Below, piece by piece: positions 49,545-62,265 of a stretch of 64,000 nt of DNA. Both the position numbers and the translations under genes were made by a program. How positions within the stretch are numbered: position 1 is the first letter of the stretch; each line of letters starts with the position of its first letter. This DNA is from Lophium mytilinum. Taxonomy: Eukaryota. The stretch lies in the NCBI GenBank assembly GCA_010093605.1, contig MU004192.1:380882-444881 (forward strand), in the 5' to 3' direction. The notes under the pieces are model-generated. The model saw nothing but the letters and a program-made list of their open reading frames with translations, did no database searches and was not told where the DNA came from.

Positions 49545-51517
49545 CTAGACCTCCATGAGAGTGTTGGCGCCGCCATGGGCTTGAGTTTCATTGCTCGCGA
49601 TGCCGTGCTGCCCGATGCGCATGCGGTAGGCCTGGAAGTATTCCTGAGCCTCCTTTTCACGCTCGAGCTCGGATTTGGAGGCTGCGTGGTGCGTGGTCTT
49701 GCGCTCTGAGACGCGGAAGAGCATGTTTTCGTGTAGAAAGAAGCCCATGCAGGTTTCGACGAAGGGGTAGGCGGGGTTGGCGACTTGAAACTTGAAGCGG
49801 AGGAGAAGCTGCATGATATTAGTCAATTATCCTGATATCTCAGAATTAGGCTAAAACTTGGGAGACTCACCTCCGCAATAGTTTTATTCAGCTCCATCAA
49901 CGCCACTGGCTTGCCTAAGCAACCGAATCGGCCATACCCAAACGCAAGCATTACTACTTCTTCCATGTTGTCGATCTGCTCCTTGCTCTGTCCGCCGCCT
50001 GGCAGCCAGCGCTCAGGGCGGAACACGTCAACGTCCTGGCCGAAGACGCGCTTGAGACGCATGATGCCCCAGGAGTTCCATCCAATCGAGGTACCACCGG
50101 GAACGAAGCGACCGTCAATTACGTCGCCTTGTGGAGGCACCTCCTTGGCCAGGAGACCGGTGACTGGTGGGTAGATACGCAGTCCTTCTCTGATGCAGGC
50201 TTGCAGGTAAGGAAGTGTGCGGGACTCCGTGTCGCGGAGGATAGGGCGTGTGAGGCGATTCTCTTCATGAGCGGTGGTCAACTCGTTCATGAGGGTCGAG
50301 TAGATTGACGCATTGCTCGTGATGAGAAACAATGTCATGCGGATAGAAGTAGCAGTGGAGTCTGAACCAGCCGTACTGTTCGGTTTAGTCAGTAACAGAA
50401 ATAAGAGAAGAGAAGGGCGAGGGAGGGGTCAGAGAGGGGGTATGGTCTCACATCTGCGTAATTGTCTCCGACTCCAGCTGCTCCCTGGAGAGACCATGGG
50501 TGATGAACGAGCCCAGCATATCTTTGCGGACCACCTTGTCCACGCCGAAACGCTCACCAACTACATCCCTAGCGAACCTAGATGCAAAAGGTCAGACATA
50601 TGCGAAGCAACCTCTCATGAAGTGCGACCCTGACTCACCCCATGATCTTCCCGAGGCCTGTGACATCTGTAGCTTGGGGCGCCAGTCGCTGGATCAGTGG
50701 TAACCTCATTATCTTCTGCACGTCCGGGAAGACGGAGAAGAGCATAATGGCTGGGAGGAAGACATGAAGCTGTTTGAGGTAGTCGAATGGGTCCTCGTCG
50801 GTCACTAGGAAACCGAAGGATTTTCCAAAGGCTATGGTCGAGATGACGTCCAATGTGAAGAAGGTGGTGACTCGGGCGAGGTCCATCGGTCGATACTCGG
50901 TGTCCGTCGAGACATACTTGCTGCGGATGAGGCCCAAAACCTGAAGGAGACGTTCGTCGATGTCATGTTCGAGGTACATATTCTCCTTTCCAGAGTACTT
51001 TGTAGTAGTCCATGTCAGCCGCTATATCACAGCCCACTATCATGCTGAAGAGGGGGAAAGAAAGGCGGGACATACTCCGTGCGACATCTGAGTCCGAAGC
51101 TTGTTGTGGATGGTCTCGTCTCGGAAGGACACAATATTGTCCCGGGTGGGGTGGAGGCGTAGCGAATTGTACCACTCGGCGCGAGTGTAGGGACTCCTCA
51201 CCGCGTTCATTTTCCGGATCAGTGCAGGATCTCGTGTGAGGAGCAAGCGGGGCCCAATCCTGGCGGTATCACCTGTGTAACCATCAGCATTTGCTGGCAG
51301 CGTATGGTGCCGTAGATGGTCGTTTACCGTATTGCTCATTGACCCGGCCAAAGTGAAGGTTCATCTTGCCCGAGTAAATTGCCTTTCCGAGCCATAGTCG
51401 AGAGAATGAGGCCGTCGCGGGGCCCCCAAACTCCCCCAGGGCACGATACGCGCGTAGCTCTCGTAGTACATAGAGCACAAGCAGGACGAGGAAGGCCACG
51501 AGGGCGAAAGGATTCAT
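49545..51517 (-). CDS. Cytochrome P450 (pisatin demethylase-like clan), multi-exon
   Basis: N-terminal TM anchor, ARIGP, I-helix AGSDSTATS, EGLR (ExxR), FRPERW and heme motif FGYGRFGCLG; several GT-AG introns (e.g. 51273-51327). Confidence 0.9.
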
Positions 51518-52218
51518 GGCAGACTACCGGAAAAGAGTGGCTGTATATGCAATAGAACGCTTACAGCAGACGGTCAAGGTTGCCAGGAGGGCGCGTCCAG
51601 ATTGCTGGGAAATGTCGAGAACGAAAGCACCAGGGTGGCGGGTGCCGTGAGACAGTACTTGTAGTAGTGAGTTGGAGAGGGGGGAGTCCGCGTCCAAAGG
51701 GAAGGAGCCCCCCGTCCACCTCTTCACCCACCTGCGCGGCCTGTGCCGGCCGAGCTGGGGCCCATGGCATTTGCCATGCATAACGTGCCGCACTGAAGGA
51801 ACACACATCAGGGATGGCGGGTGCGGTGAATGCGTCCACGAGGGCCCCGAGGCCGCCTTGCTGCAGCGTTCCGTGGGGTTGACTTCACGGCGGCCATCGC
51901 GGCCCGTCCGTTTGCCAGAGCATGTCGCACTGCGTCTGGAGCGAGAAAGTCGGCCACTCATCGGGAGCGACATGGGCGTCTCGAAGCCATCGGGGCGGCT
52001 ACCAAACCAAGCTTTCACGCTGATGCGTGCTTGATGTTGCTGTTGCTGCGGGCCGAGTGGTCCTCGTTCCCGCCAGGCTCCCAGTGACCCTTTCCCACAC
52101 GCCGCATCCAAAACCCCAGCCATCCGTTCGAATCTGGTAGCTGGATCGGTGCTTTTCTCTCCAGTACATATCCAACCGGGATCTTCCATACCACAGTGCT
52201 CCCGGTCACTTGACCAGC

Positions 52219-53787
52219 ATGGCAAATCCAGTACAGTTGGCAGCGCAAACGCTGGAGGTCGATGTAGGCGCATCATCTCCTCGCTCTTGACCCTCCTAAC
52301 CGATAGCTAATCTCCTCAAGCCTCTGAGCATCTTCTTTCTTCTTTCATTTTCACAAACTTACGTTGATCGTGACGGTAGGAAGACAACGACAGTGCTTTT
52401 GGCGGCGATGATGCGTTCGTAGTCCAACCTTCTGTGTCGATATCAAACGTTCAACTTGACTAGTGTAAGCAATGCTACAACGACATTAGCAGAATCCATA
52501 TGGAGTTATCGCGTTGAACACGGCCGGACCTATCACGGTATGCGATTTGCCTCTCAATTTCAAATGTTGGCTCCGGACGGGTCGATAATTAATGGATCAA
52601 ACAGCGTACAAAGACGGCAATTACATTTTTCCAAATGACGATGTAAGAAGGTTTTCCACCCCGGATGAGAATACGGCTGATTAAAGCTACATGAAGCAAG
52701 AGAAAGATCGATTGGGTGAGACAACGCACGGAAGCTGTTCAACGAAACCTGCTGACCGTACCAGACCTGCAGCACCACCTTTTCAACCTATGCTTCAAGG
52801 ACAAGCTCTTCTTTGCACCGGTTCGAGAGCCGAAACATGTTTTGGACGTGGGTACAGGCACTGGTATTTGGGCACTCGACTTTGGTGTGTACCACGAGGC
52901 TTCTGTCAAATGGTTCGATTGTGACTGACAAGCATTTGTTGTGCTGCAGCGGACGAGTTCCCCAATGCCATGGTATGAAGTGACACGAGCAAATTCCCAT
53001 GAAACGCACTGACAGTAGTTCAGGTCGTCGGGACAGATCTTTCGCCGATCCAGCCGTCGTTGTAAGGTGTCTTGATCTTGGGAAGGAGGCTCGCTGACTA
53101 TCGAAGTGTCCCGCCGAATCTGTCTTTCATAATAGACGACGCAGAAGATGAGTGGCTGTGGAAGCAGAAATTCGATCTCATACATCTCCGACTGATGGGA
53201 GGCTCCTTTAGAGACTGGCAGGCGATAATACAGTCGGCGTACGAGTCAGTCGCCCACCCCACCTTTCTGCATGCGCGCGTTGACATCGGAGTTAGCAACC
53301 TAGCCCCTGGCGGTTACCTCGAAATCCAAGACTACGTTCTACCCGCGAGGTCACCAGATGAAACGGTTAAAGGAACCGACCTCGAGCGATGGGGTGAGCT
53401 CCTGATCGAAGCTGCAGGCAAGGCTGGACGGCCGATTGATGCCAGCAAGCACTTCCGGCAGTACATGCTCAACGCCGGGTTCGACGATATCCACGAGCTG
53501 AGCTTCGCATGGCCAACAAACCCGTGGCCCAAGGACAAGGACCTGAAGATGCTGGGCAGATGGAACCTGGTCAACATCACGGACGGCATGGAAGGATTCT
53601 GCTTGGCGTTGTTGACACGAGTCTTAGATTGGAAAAAGGAAGAGGTTGATATCTTGTGCGCCAAAGTGAAAAGTGACCTCAAGAATAGGGCGATCCACGG
53701 GTACTTTGAAATGTGAGTTTCCTTACCCGTTGGTGTTACGTTGCTCACGTTTGCGACAGTCCTGTGGTATACGGACGGAAGCTATGA
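52219..53787 (+). CDS. LaeA-like SAM-dependent methyltransferase, 11 exons
   Basis: Spliced product MANPVQLAAQTLEVD-EDNDSAFGGDDA-VSNATTTLAESIWSYRVEHGRTYHAYKDGNYIFPNDDQEKDRLDLQHH...[35 protein letters not shown]...NLAPGGYLE...WPTNPWPKD...VVYGRKL*. All ten introns are GT-AG. Confidence 0.9.
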
Positions 53788-54573
53788 TGTTGTAGCCGTA
53801 GGACAGCGGGAGCTTATATTGAAACGAAAGAGAAAGTAGGTAGTGCACGATTCCGTACATCTGGGCCCACGCAACAAAAGGGACGGGCTCTGCAAATTGA
53901 GGTTGAAGGGGTGGTGGAGGCTGTGACAGGCTGCGATTTAGGACGCTGTCACGCACGGTCGTTTTCGCGATGTCATTGCTGTCATTGCGCACAGCACGGA
54001 TGTTCGATAGCATGGTGGCAGAATATTGGTAAGGAAGAATACCCCATACTAGCATAGCAGGTAGGCTTGAATTGAATTCGGCGTCGCCAACTGACATACA
54101 TGTCGCATCCGGCACCAGAGTGAAGCTCTGCATGGAGAGGGGTAGTAAGCGTGACATGAGCTGCTCTTGAGTCTATCGGCATGATCTAATCTGCAACAGC
54201 AAGGCCGAACACCGTGATGGCGCCTCGGGCTCTATCGGGAGGCCTCCTTCCCCAGGCAGAACGCAAGCATCGGGCAGGTTGCGGTTCGTGGAGGCAGGCA
54301 GCTGTGGCATCATCGCGGCGGCTGGATGAGGGGGCTGGGGTTGATGAGTCGAAGGGGCTTCCAGGCAGCTGCAAGTTGCTCGACGGACCGTAGAGCAGGC
54401 GAGGCGAGCCCTTTTCCAACGTCACATGCAGCGATAACGGCGATCAGCCTATCTCAGCTCACCAGCTTTGGCAGCGGCGAGCGCGGCAGGAGGGTGGGAG
54501 TGCATCTCCGGGCCGGCCGTGGTGTTGCGAGGGCAAGTTTCGACACAGTGAATGCTTTCAAAGCGGCTTCTAG

Positions 54574-55911
<1,338 letters not shown>

Positions 55912-56705
55912 AGGAGCGTTCGTTTGGGATATACTCACGGGAGGCGTTTAGGTCGGCATCTGGCATGGATCCCGGGGTCTGATCATTAGTTAGTTGAGCA
56001 CCAGTCATGTTCGACTGGGCGAATTGCACAATGCAAGGGCCTAAGGCCTGATGTTTCTCTATGCACACTTTGGGCTTTGAAAGTGTTTGTAAATCTGAAC
56101 CGTACAAAAATCATCATCCTGAGTACGGTCGTCTAATTGACCTCTGCTAGAACTTCTCAACACCATGATAAGCTGACCAGCATGTCCGTATATGAGAGTT
56201 GCAGGTGGAACTAGAAAACTCCCGCCACTTCATTTGTTGCAGCGAAATCAAGGTCCCTAGTCAACGTGATTGTGTTCGATGGAAAGCTTCCACCCATGCA
56301 ACATGCTGCGATTTACTGTACGACATGAAGTACCGTGGTGGTATTACAAAGCCGATACTCAACAGCCTCCATATGCGCGTGAAAATCCGCTATCGCCGCT
56401 CTTCGTATCGGAAACTTCCCCGCTTCACCACGCATCTGGAGTAGCCTCGTAGCTTCCTCGGAGTTTACGTGAAATGGCGGGGCATGGGTCGGCGAGATTT
56501 CTGGTCATGACGACACCTAACTGGACGGCTTCATTTGTGTGCCAGGGTGCCTTTTCCCTCGTGGAGCCGGACCTTAAAGCCGGCTATTGCTTGAGAGCTC
56601 AGCTATAAAGATATCCGTGTCCCTCTAAATCGCTCCTTCTGCATTGAACGTTTGCTAGACACTACGAACCTTTGACGGACTCCTCAACATACAACACAAG
56701 CCAAG

Positions 56706-57942
56706 ATGGAATACGGAAAGTGAGTGCTCGATATCGAACCATATGCATTGCATATTTAGCTAATGCCCTACAGCCTCGGAAAGAGCGGCCTCAAGGTCTC
56801 CAAGGTCATCCTGGGCACGATGAGCTACGGCAGCAGTGAGTGGCAGGAATGGGTGCTGAACGAAGACAAAGCCCTGCCGCTGCTCGAGCACGCCTACAAA
56901 GTCGGGATCAACACCTGGGACACTGTAAGCTCTCCCCAAGACCCATAAAATCAGTAAAGAAGCTAGTGCTGATAGTTCTACTAGGCCGACGTCTACTCCA
57001 ACGGCATATCCGAAGAAATCATCGGCAAAGCCCTCAAGAAATACAACATCCCCCGCAGCCGCATCGTGCTTCTCTCGAAATGCTACTTCGGCGTCGCCCA
57101 GGACGGCTCCCAGCCGGGCATCGCGCAGGTGTCGACCAACGACGGGGACTACGTCAACCAGGTTGGCTTGTCGCGGAAGCACATCTTCGAGGCTGTGGAC
57201 GCCAGCGTCGCGCGGCTGGGGACGTATATCGATGTGCTGCAGATCCACCGGCTGGATCGGGACACACCAAAAGAGGAGATTATGAAGGCGCTGAACGACG
57301 TGATTGAGAGCGGGAAGGTCCGGTACATTGGGGCTTCATCGGTACGTCGACCCACCCCTAGAACCCCCCATATCCAATCTTTCCCCATCTCCCCCTCCCT
57401 CAAACTCGAAAGATACGATTCACGGCATACTAACCATCCCCTAGATGGCCGCCTGGGAATTCCAAATGCTGCAAAACATCGCCGACAAGCACGGCTGGCA
57501 CAAATTCATTAGCATGCAAAACTACTACAACCTCATCTACCGCGAGGAAGAGCGCGAGATGATCCCCTACTGCAACGAAACCGGCGTCGGGCTGATCCCG
57601 TGGTCGCCCATCGCGCGCGGCGCCCTCACGCGGCCCTGGGGCGGCGAGTCGACGGTGCGCGAGAAGACGGATAAGTTCCTGCATATGCTGGTGTACCAGC
57701 GCGAGAACGAGGTGGACAAGGCGATTGTTGGGCGCGTCGAGGAAATCGCGAAGAAGAGGGGCGTGAGTATGGCGACGATTGCGACTGCATGGTGTCTGAA
57801 GAAGGGGGTTAGGCCGATTATTGGGCTCAGTTCGATTGAGAGGATTGATCAGGCGGTGGAGAATGCGAAGTATGTGCTCAGTGATGAGGATGCGAAGTAT
57901 TTGGAGGAGCCGTATTTGCCGAAGGAGAGGCAGGGGTATTAG
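56706..57942 (+). CDS. Aldo-keto reductase (Kv-beta/YajO-like subfamily), 4 exons
   Basis: MEYGNLGKSGLKVSKVILGTMSYG, GINTWDTADVYSNG, LSKC, GLSRKHI, YIDVLQIHRLD, SMQNYYNL and IPWSPIARG; introns at 56720-56773, 56924-56984 and 57342-57444. Confidence 0.9.
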
Positions 57943-58313
57943 GGGTGGTCGGACTGCGGGAGTGTATCATGCGATGATGAGGTTGAAAGTGGTATAGGGG
58001 TTGGGATAGCATAGATAGGTTCGTAAAGAAGTCGAACTAAAGTCGAACGACACTCATCATACTCGCCTGTCTGGACTTCATACAAGACGGAAGTCACTTT
58101 CAACAGTGTGACTTCTAGCATCATGTTATGATATGATTTGGTGACCATCCAGGAGCTCTTATAGTTTCTTCCCCGCCCAGGGTCTACTCTATGAAAACCA
58201 CCAAAATCATGACCTCAATCTTCGAGCAAACCTCTAGTAAGTATTCGAGGACACCGCTATGAGACAGCCGGCCATACATGAGCCGATGCGACGTATAAAG
58301 AAACACGATTCCT

Positions 58314-59829
58314 TTACAAACACCGATTCAACCACCCCCACCCCCCCAGCAACGCCGTCGCCCCCGTAAACAAAATCATCGGCCCATACCCACTCCCATA
58401 CCCCCACCGCCCCTCCCTCATCCACCCATCCTCCCGCAACAACACCACACTCAACGGCCCACTAATCACATTCCCCACCCCCCTCCCGCCCGCCAGCAAC
58501 CCAAACACCAGCCCCGTATCCAACGCCGGACTCTCCGCCTTCAACGCCGTCAACACCCCACTCCACGTACTGCTAAACCCGCCCGCAAAGAAGCCATACG
58601 CAATCGCGAACACGGCTAGCAGCGCCACCTGACTCGCGAAGCCCCAGAACAGAAACACGGCGACGGCTGAGCCGAGCGAGGTCACGAGCACGACGGTCGT
58701 GATCCGGAGGCGGTCGCCTAGCATGCCGATACAGATGCTGCCCGGGACGGAGGCGGCGTTGAAGAGCGCGATGAGCAGCGTGCCGATGGTGGTGGTGCTG
58801 TGGGTTTGTGAGACGGCGTACTGGGAGAGGTAGGCGGAGGGGAGGAAGTAGCCGAGGGATTGCAGGATGTTGCCGGTTTGCAGCATCCAGAAGGTGGGCA
58901 GGCGGAGGAAGGCGAGAGACATGGGGCGCACGGTGTGGGTTTGGGAGAGGGGGATGCGTGGGCGGAGGAAGTAGAGGAGGGGGGCTGTGAGGATGATCTG
59001 TTTGTGGTGTTAGTTGGGGGAGGGGGTTTTTAGGGGGGGAAGTGTTACGATTGCAACGGTCCACGCGCGGAGGGTGGTTCGGGAGCCGAAGCGTTCGAGG
59101 CTGGCGCTCATGATGAAGGGGAGCGCGACGCCTGCGACGCTTTTGCCTCCCCACATGATGCCGTAGGCAAGCCCCTTGCGGCGCACGAACCATTCGTCGA
59201 GGTAGAGTGTGGTGGGTGCGAAGAGTAGGCCGGCACCCAGGGCGCAGATGACACCTTGTGTGGCGATGAGCTGGGAGACGGAGGTCGCGAAGGATGATAT
59301 CAGAAATCCAACGGCTATGATGACTAGCCCAATGGGACCGACCCATCGGCGGAGACGTGGCCATCGTGACAGCACTGTGAAGGTGATTGGCGAGAGGAGA
59401 TACATGATGCCCTGCAGCGGTTCGGTTAGTGTTGTACGGGCACTCTGCAGCATTTGCATACAGTCGTTGTTGTTCCAATTACAGCAACGCTGGAGGCATC
59501 GCCGTTGATCTCGTGCGGGTGTTTTGAATAGTATTCTTGAAACACGCCGAATGCGAGAGGGAAGCCTGTGTTACTGTAAGTAAGAGACGATAAAACACTT
59601 TTTCTAATTGCTCCGTACCCCAGACAGGAGCCTGGATCAGAGAACAGCCTGCCAGGACGAGCCATGCGGCCATTCCTGTGTCTGTCGGCGGCAGTGACGG
59701 TTGCTCAATCTCCATGGTCTGGGAGTCGATGGACTGGCGGACAGTTGCAGCCGTCGCATTTTCGATATGCAATTGCGTAGAGGGATTGGACAAGCTTTGG
59801 AGCTCGACGTCTGAGGAAGGAGATGCCAT
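58314..59829 (-). CDS. MFS transporter, monocarboxylate (MCT)-like, ~453 aa, 4 exons
   Basis: PPTDTGMAAWLVLAG, WGFPLAFGVFQEYY, YLDEWFVRRKGLAYG and GYFLPSAYL motifs. Introns 59566-59618, 59412-59461 and 58998-59048 restore the frame. Confidence 0.9.
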
Positions 59830-60099
59830 GTTGTGCTGACCAAGAAACGTATTTGGTTATATAGGAAGGAAGCTGACTCTTGCGGGGTAGAAATCTGGGG
59901 TAAACGTGCGAAGCTGATGAATTGGAGTACTCGCTTGACTTTATAGAGTTGAGATGTTGATAAGAGACTGACTGACTCATAGGAAGCTCTATTCTATTCT
60001 AAGATGTCCGGCATGATGCAGTGATGTTGAAACGCTTCCCACGATATCCAACAAAGGCAAGCGGTCAGCGATGTCGTTGGTCGGTCGGGGCCGCATGCT

Positions 60100-60601
60100 G
60101 ATTTGTCGGGTGCAAAACAGCGCGCAATCCTTGGCAAAAGTCTCTGCCACACCACACGTTTTCTAACAACTAAAAGGTATAAAAATAGAGTTATTATCTT
60201 TAAACTTCTCTAGAAGCTACTTTATATACTATTTATACTATATTTAAAGTATAAGCTTTAAATATAAAGAGAGAGAGAAGTTATTTATAGGTAAAGATAG
60301 ATATAGAATTAGCGGGCGGCAGGGGTATAGCAGGGGTGTAGTAGAGGCGCAGCAGGGGGCGGCACTTTTACGGGCCGGCACCTATTACCTCTCTTCTTAC
60401 TACAACTAGAATTATGCACATAATAATTATTTATAAAAGTAAAAGCCTAGGTAATATACTCTAGTAGCTTGTGCCTATATTTTATTAGCTTTTAGAGTTA
60501 ATTCTATTAGTAAATCTTATAGCTGGTATTCCTCTAAGAATTATTTCGGTGTGGCAGAGAGTTGTGCCAAGGATTGCGCGCTGTTTTGCACCCGACAAAT
60601 C
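60100..60601. mobile_element. Non-autonomous TIR DNA transposon (502 bp, 54-bp TIRs) with AT-rich, RIP-like interior
   Basis: 60100-60153 GATTTGTCGGGTGCAAAACAGCGCGCAATCCTTGGCAAAAGTCTCTGCCACACC is the reverse complement of 60548-60601 at 52/54 positions. The interior is TpA-rich and has no credible ORF. Confidence 0.85.
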
Positions 60602-61087
60602 CGAAAGCGCCGGTGATGATGGCGGTCCTATCACGGCATTAGAAACAATGGGCTCGAACAAAGCTGGTAGAAAATACCTCATCACCCTTGAGCATTCGTT
60701 CGTGATCCTTTAGAGACTTAAGCTTTGAACATTATTGTTATCGCTGCAATCGAACACGATAAACTCGCAGCCTTAGGAAATGCGGCTCTCCGTCGTCTAT
60801 GCAAATTCAGCTAACATACAATGATCTCCACCGAGAGGTGGCCTGCTAGCCTTGCCAAACCAATCTACATCTCTTATCAAAATACCAAAATACCAAGTAT
60901 GGTCGAAGCACTTCACATAGTGGGATGCAAGTGCATCCGAGACTAAGTGAGGCAGGAGATGATGTTTCAGGGCAGCTTCTATACTCTGGTTGACAGACAG
61001 CAGTCAAACACATCCACATCCACCAAAGCTTCATTTCACTCATCGATATTCACATACCAAAGCTTCACTTCAATCATCGAATCAACC

Positions 61088-61693
61088 ATGTCTACCCGGG
61101 AGTCAAGCTTATCGACCCTCAGTCGGCCTAAGCCTACCACTGAACTTAGCACAGCGGCCCCGACCGCTTTGCCCCAGATGCGTCGATATGTCACTGCCCA
61201 GGACCCGTTGTCTGGCAGAGTTAGGTTCTCCAGCTTCCCAGAGACCAACCCGACGAGTACATTCGCTACACCCATCACCGAACCCAGCGACAGTGCGCTC
61301 ATTGCTTTCTCCCATATCTTCATCTCCATCAATGGGAAACCCGTATCAACAAACAATCCCGGCAACGTCGGAATCCGCAGCGGCTATGTAGAGGAGGCTT
61401 CAGCGTTGGTGAAGGCTGGCTGCACGGTCTTGAGCCATATCGATATACCTCCGCGGTCCGGGTGGAAGGTGAAGCGGAAAGTGTGTTTGGACTACGGGGT
61501 GGTGTTGGAGGGCGAGGTCAGGCTGCTGCTGTATAGCAGTAGGGAAGAACGGGTGTTGAAGAAAGGGGATGTCGTCGTTCAGCAGCAGGCGGCGCAGCAT
61601 TGGTGGGTCAACGAGAGCAGGACGGAGTGGGTGAGGCTGCTATTCCTGTTGCGCCCCGGTCCGCCGCTGAAAGACACGGTGGGGGAGGACTAG
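61088..61693 (+). CDS. Cupin-domain protein (divergent metal site)
   Basis: RRYVTA, DIPP, LDYGVVLEGEVRLLL, LKKGDVVVQ and HWWVNESRTEWVRLLFLL match the small fungal cupin family; intronless. Confidence 0.75.
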   Translation: MSTRESSLSTLSRPKPTTELSTAAPTALPQMRRYVTAQDPLSGRVRFSSFPETNPTSTFATPITEPSDSALIAFSHIFISINGKPVSTNNPGNVGIRSGYVEEASALVKAGCTVLSHIDIPPRSGWKVKRKVCLDYGVVLEGEVRLLLYSSREERVLKKGDVVVQQQAAQHWWVNESRTEWVRLLFLLRPGPPLKDTVGED

Positions 61694-62265
61694 GTCGGAC
61701 AGCATATCGGAGCTTGGTTTGCCAGACTGGGCGGAGTGGAAAGGAGGAATGGACTGGAGAGAGTTCGTTGTCCTGACAGCATAGCTGAATGCTTGCAGGT
61801 CTCTGGACGAGTGTGTCAATGATACTGTTCGCTGTTTTGTTGTCATTCCGCAAGTCTGCTACTGCCTGACGCGCCTCACCAAACTATCCGAGAGCTGAAT
61901 TCGGCCAATCTGAAGCTATAAGGCGGCCAAGCAACATCAGATGGCGGTGTCCTGGAAAACTGTGAATGGGGGAGCATTGTTGGTTCTGAGCTCGAAGGAA
62001 ATTGCTTCGGCTGCTAGGGATGTGCGCTAAGCCTAAAAGAGTGAGGCGTCTTCAATGGCACATCATCACGTATATTGGAAAAGGCATCAATATGAGACTC
62101 GCTGTCCTGACTATACCCAAAATCCTTGGGTGGTTCGTGTCGACGGTCGATATACCCATTCCGGCCGCTAAAAGCTGATGGGAACAATACTAGCAACACC
62201 AGCCCAGCCAGCAGAAAGCGGCTACGGCGTAGCACAACCACTCATTGTTCGCCAGCCACAAGCAG

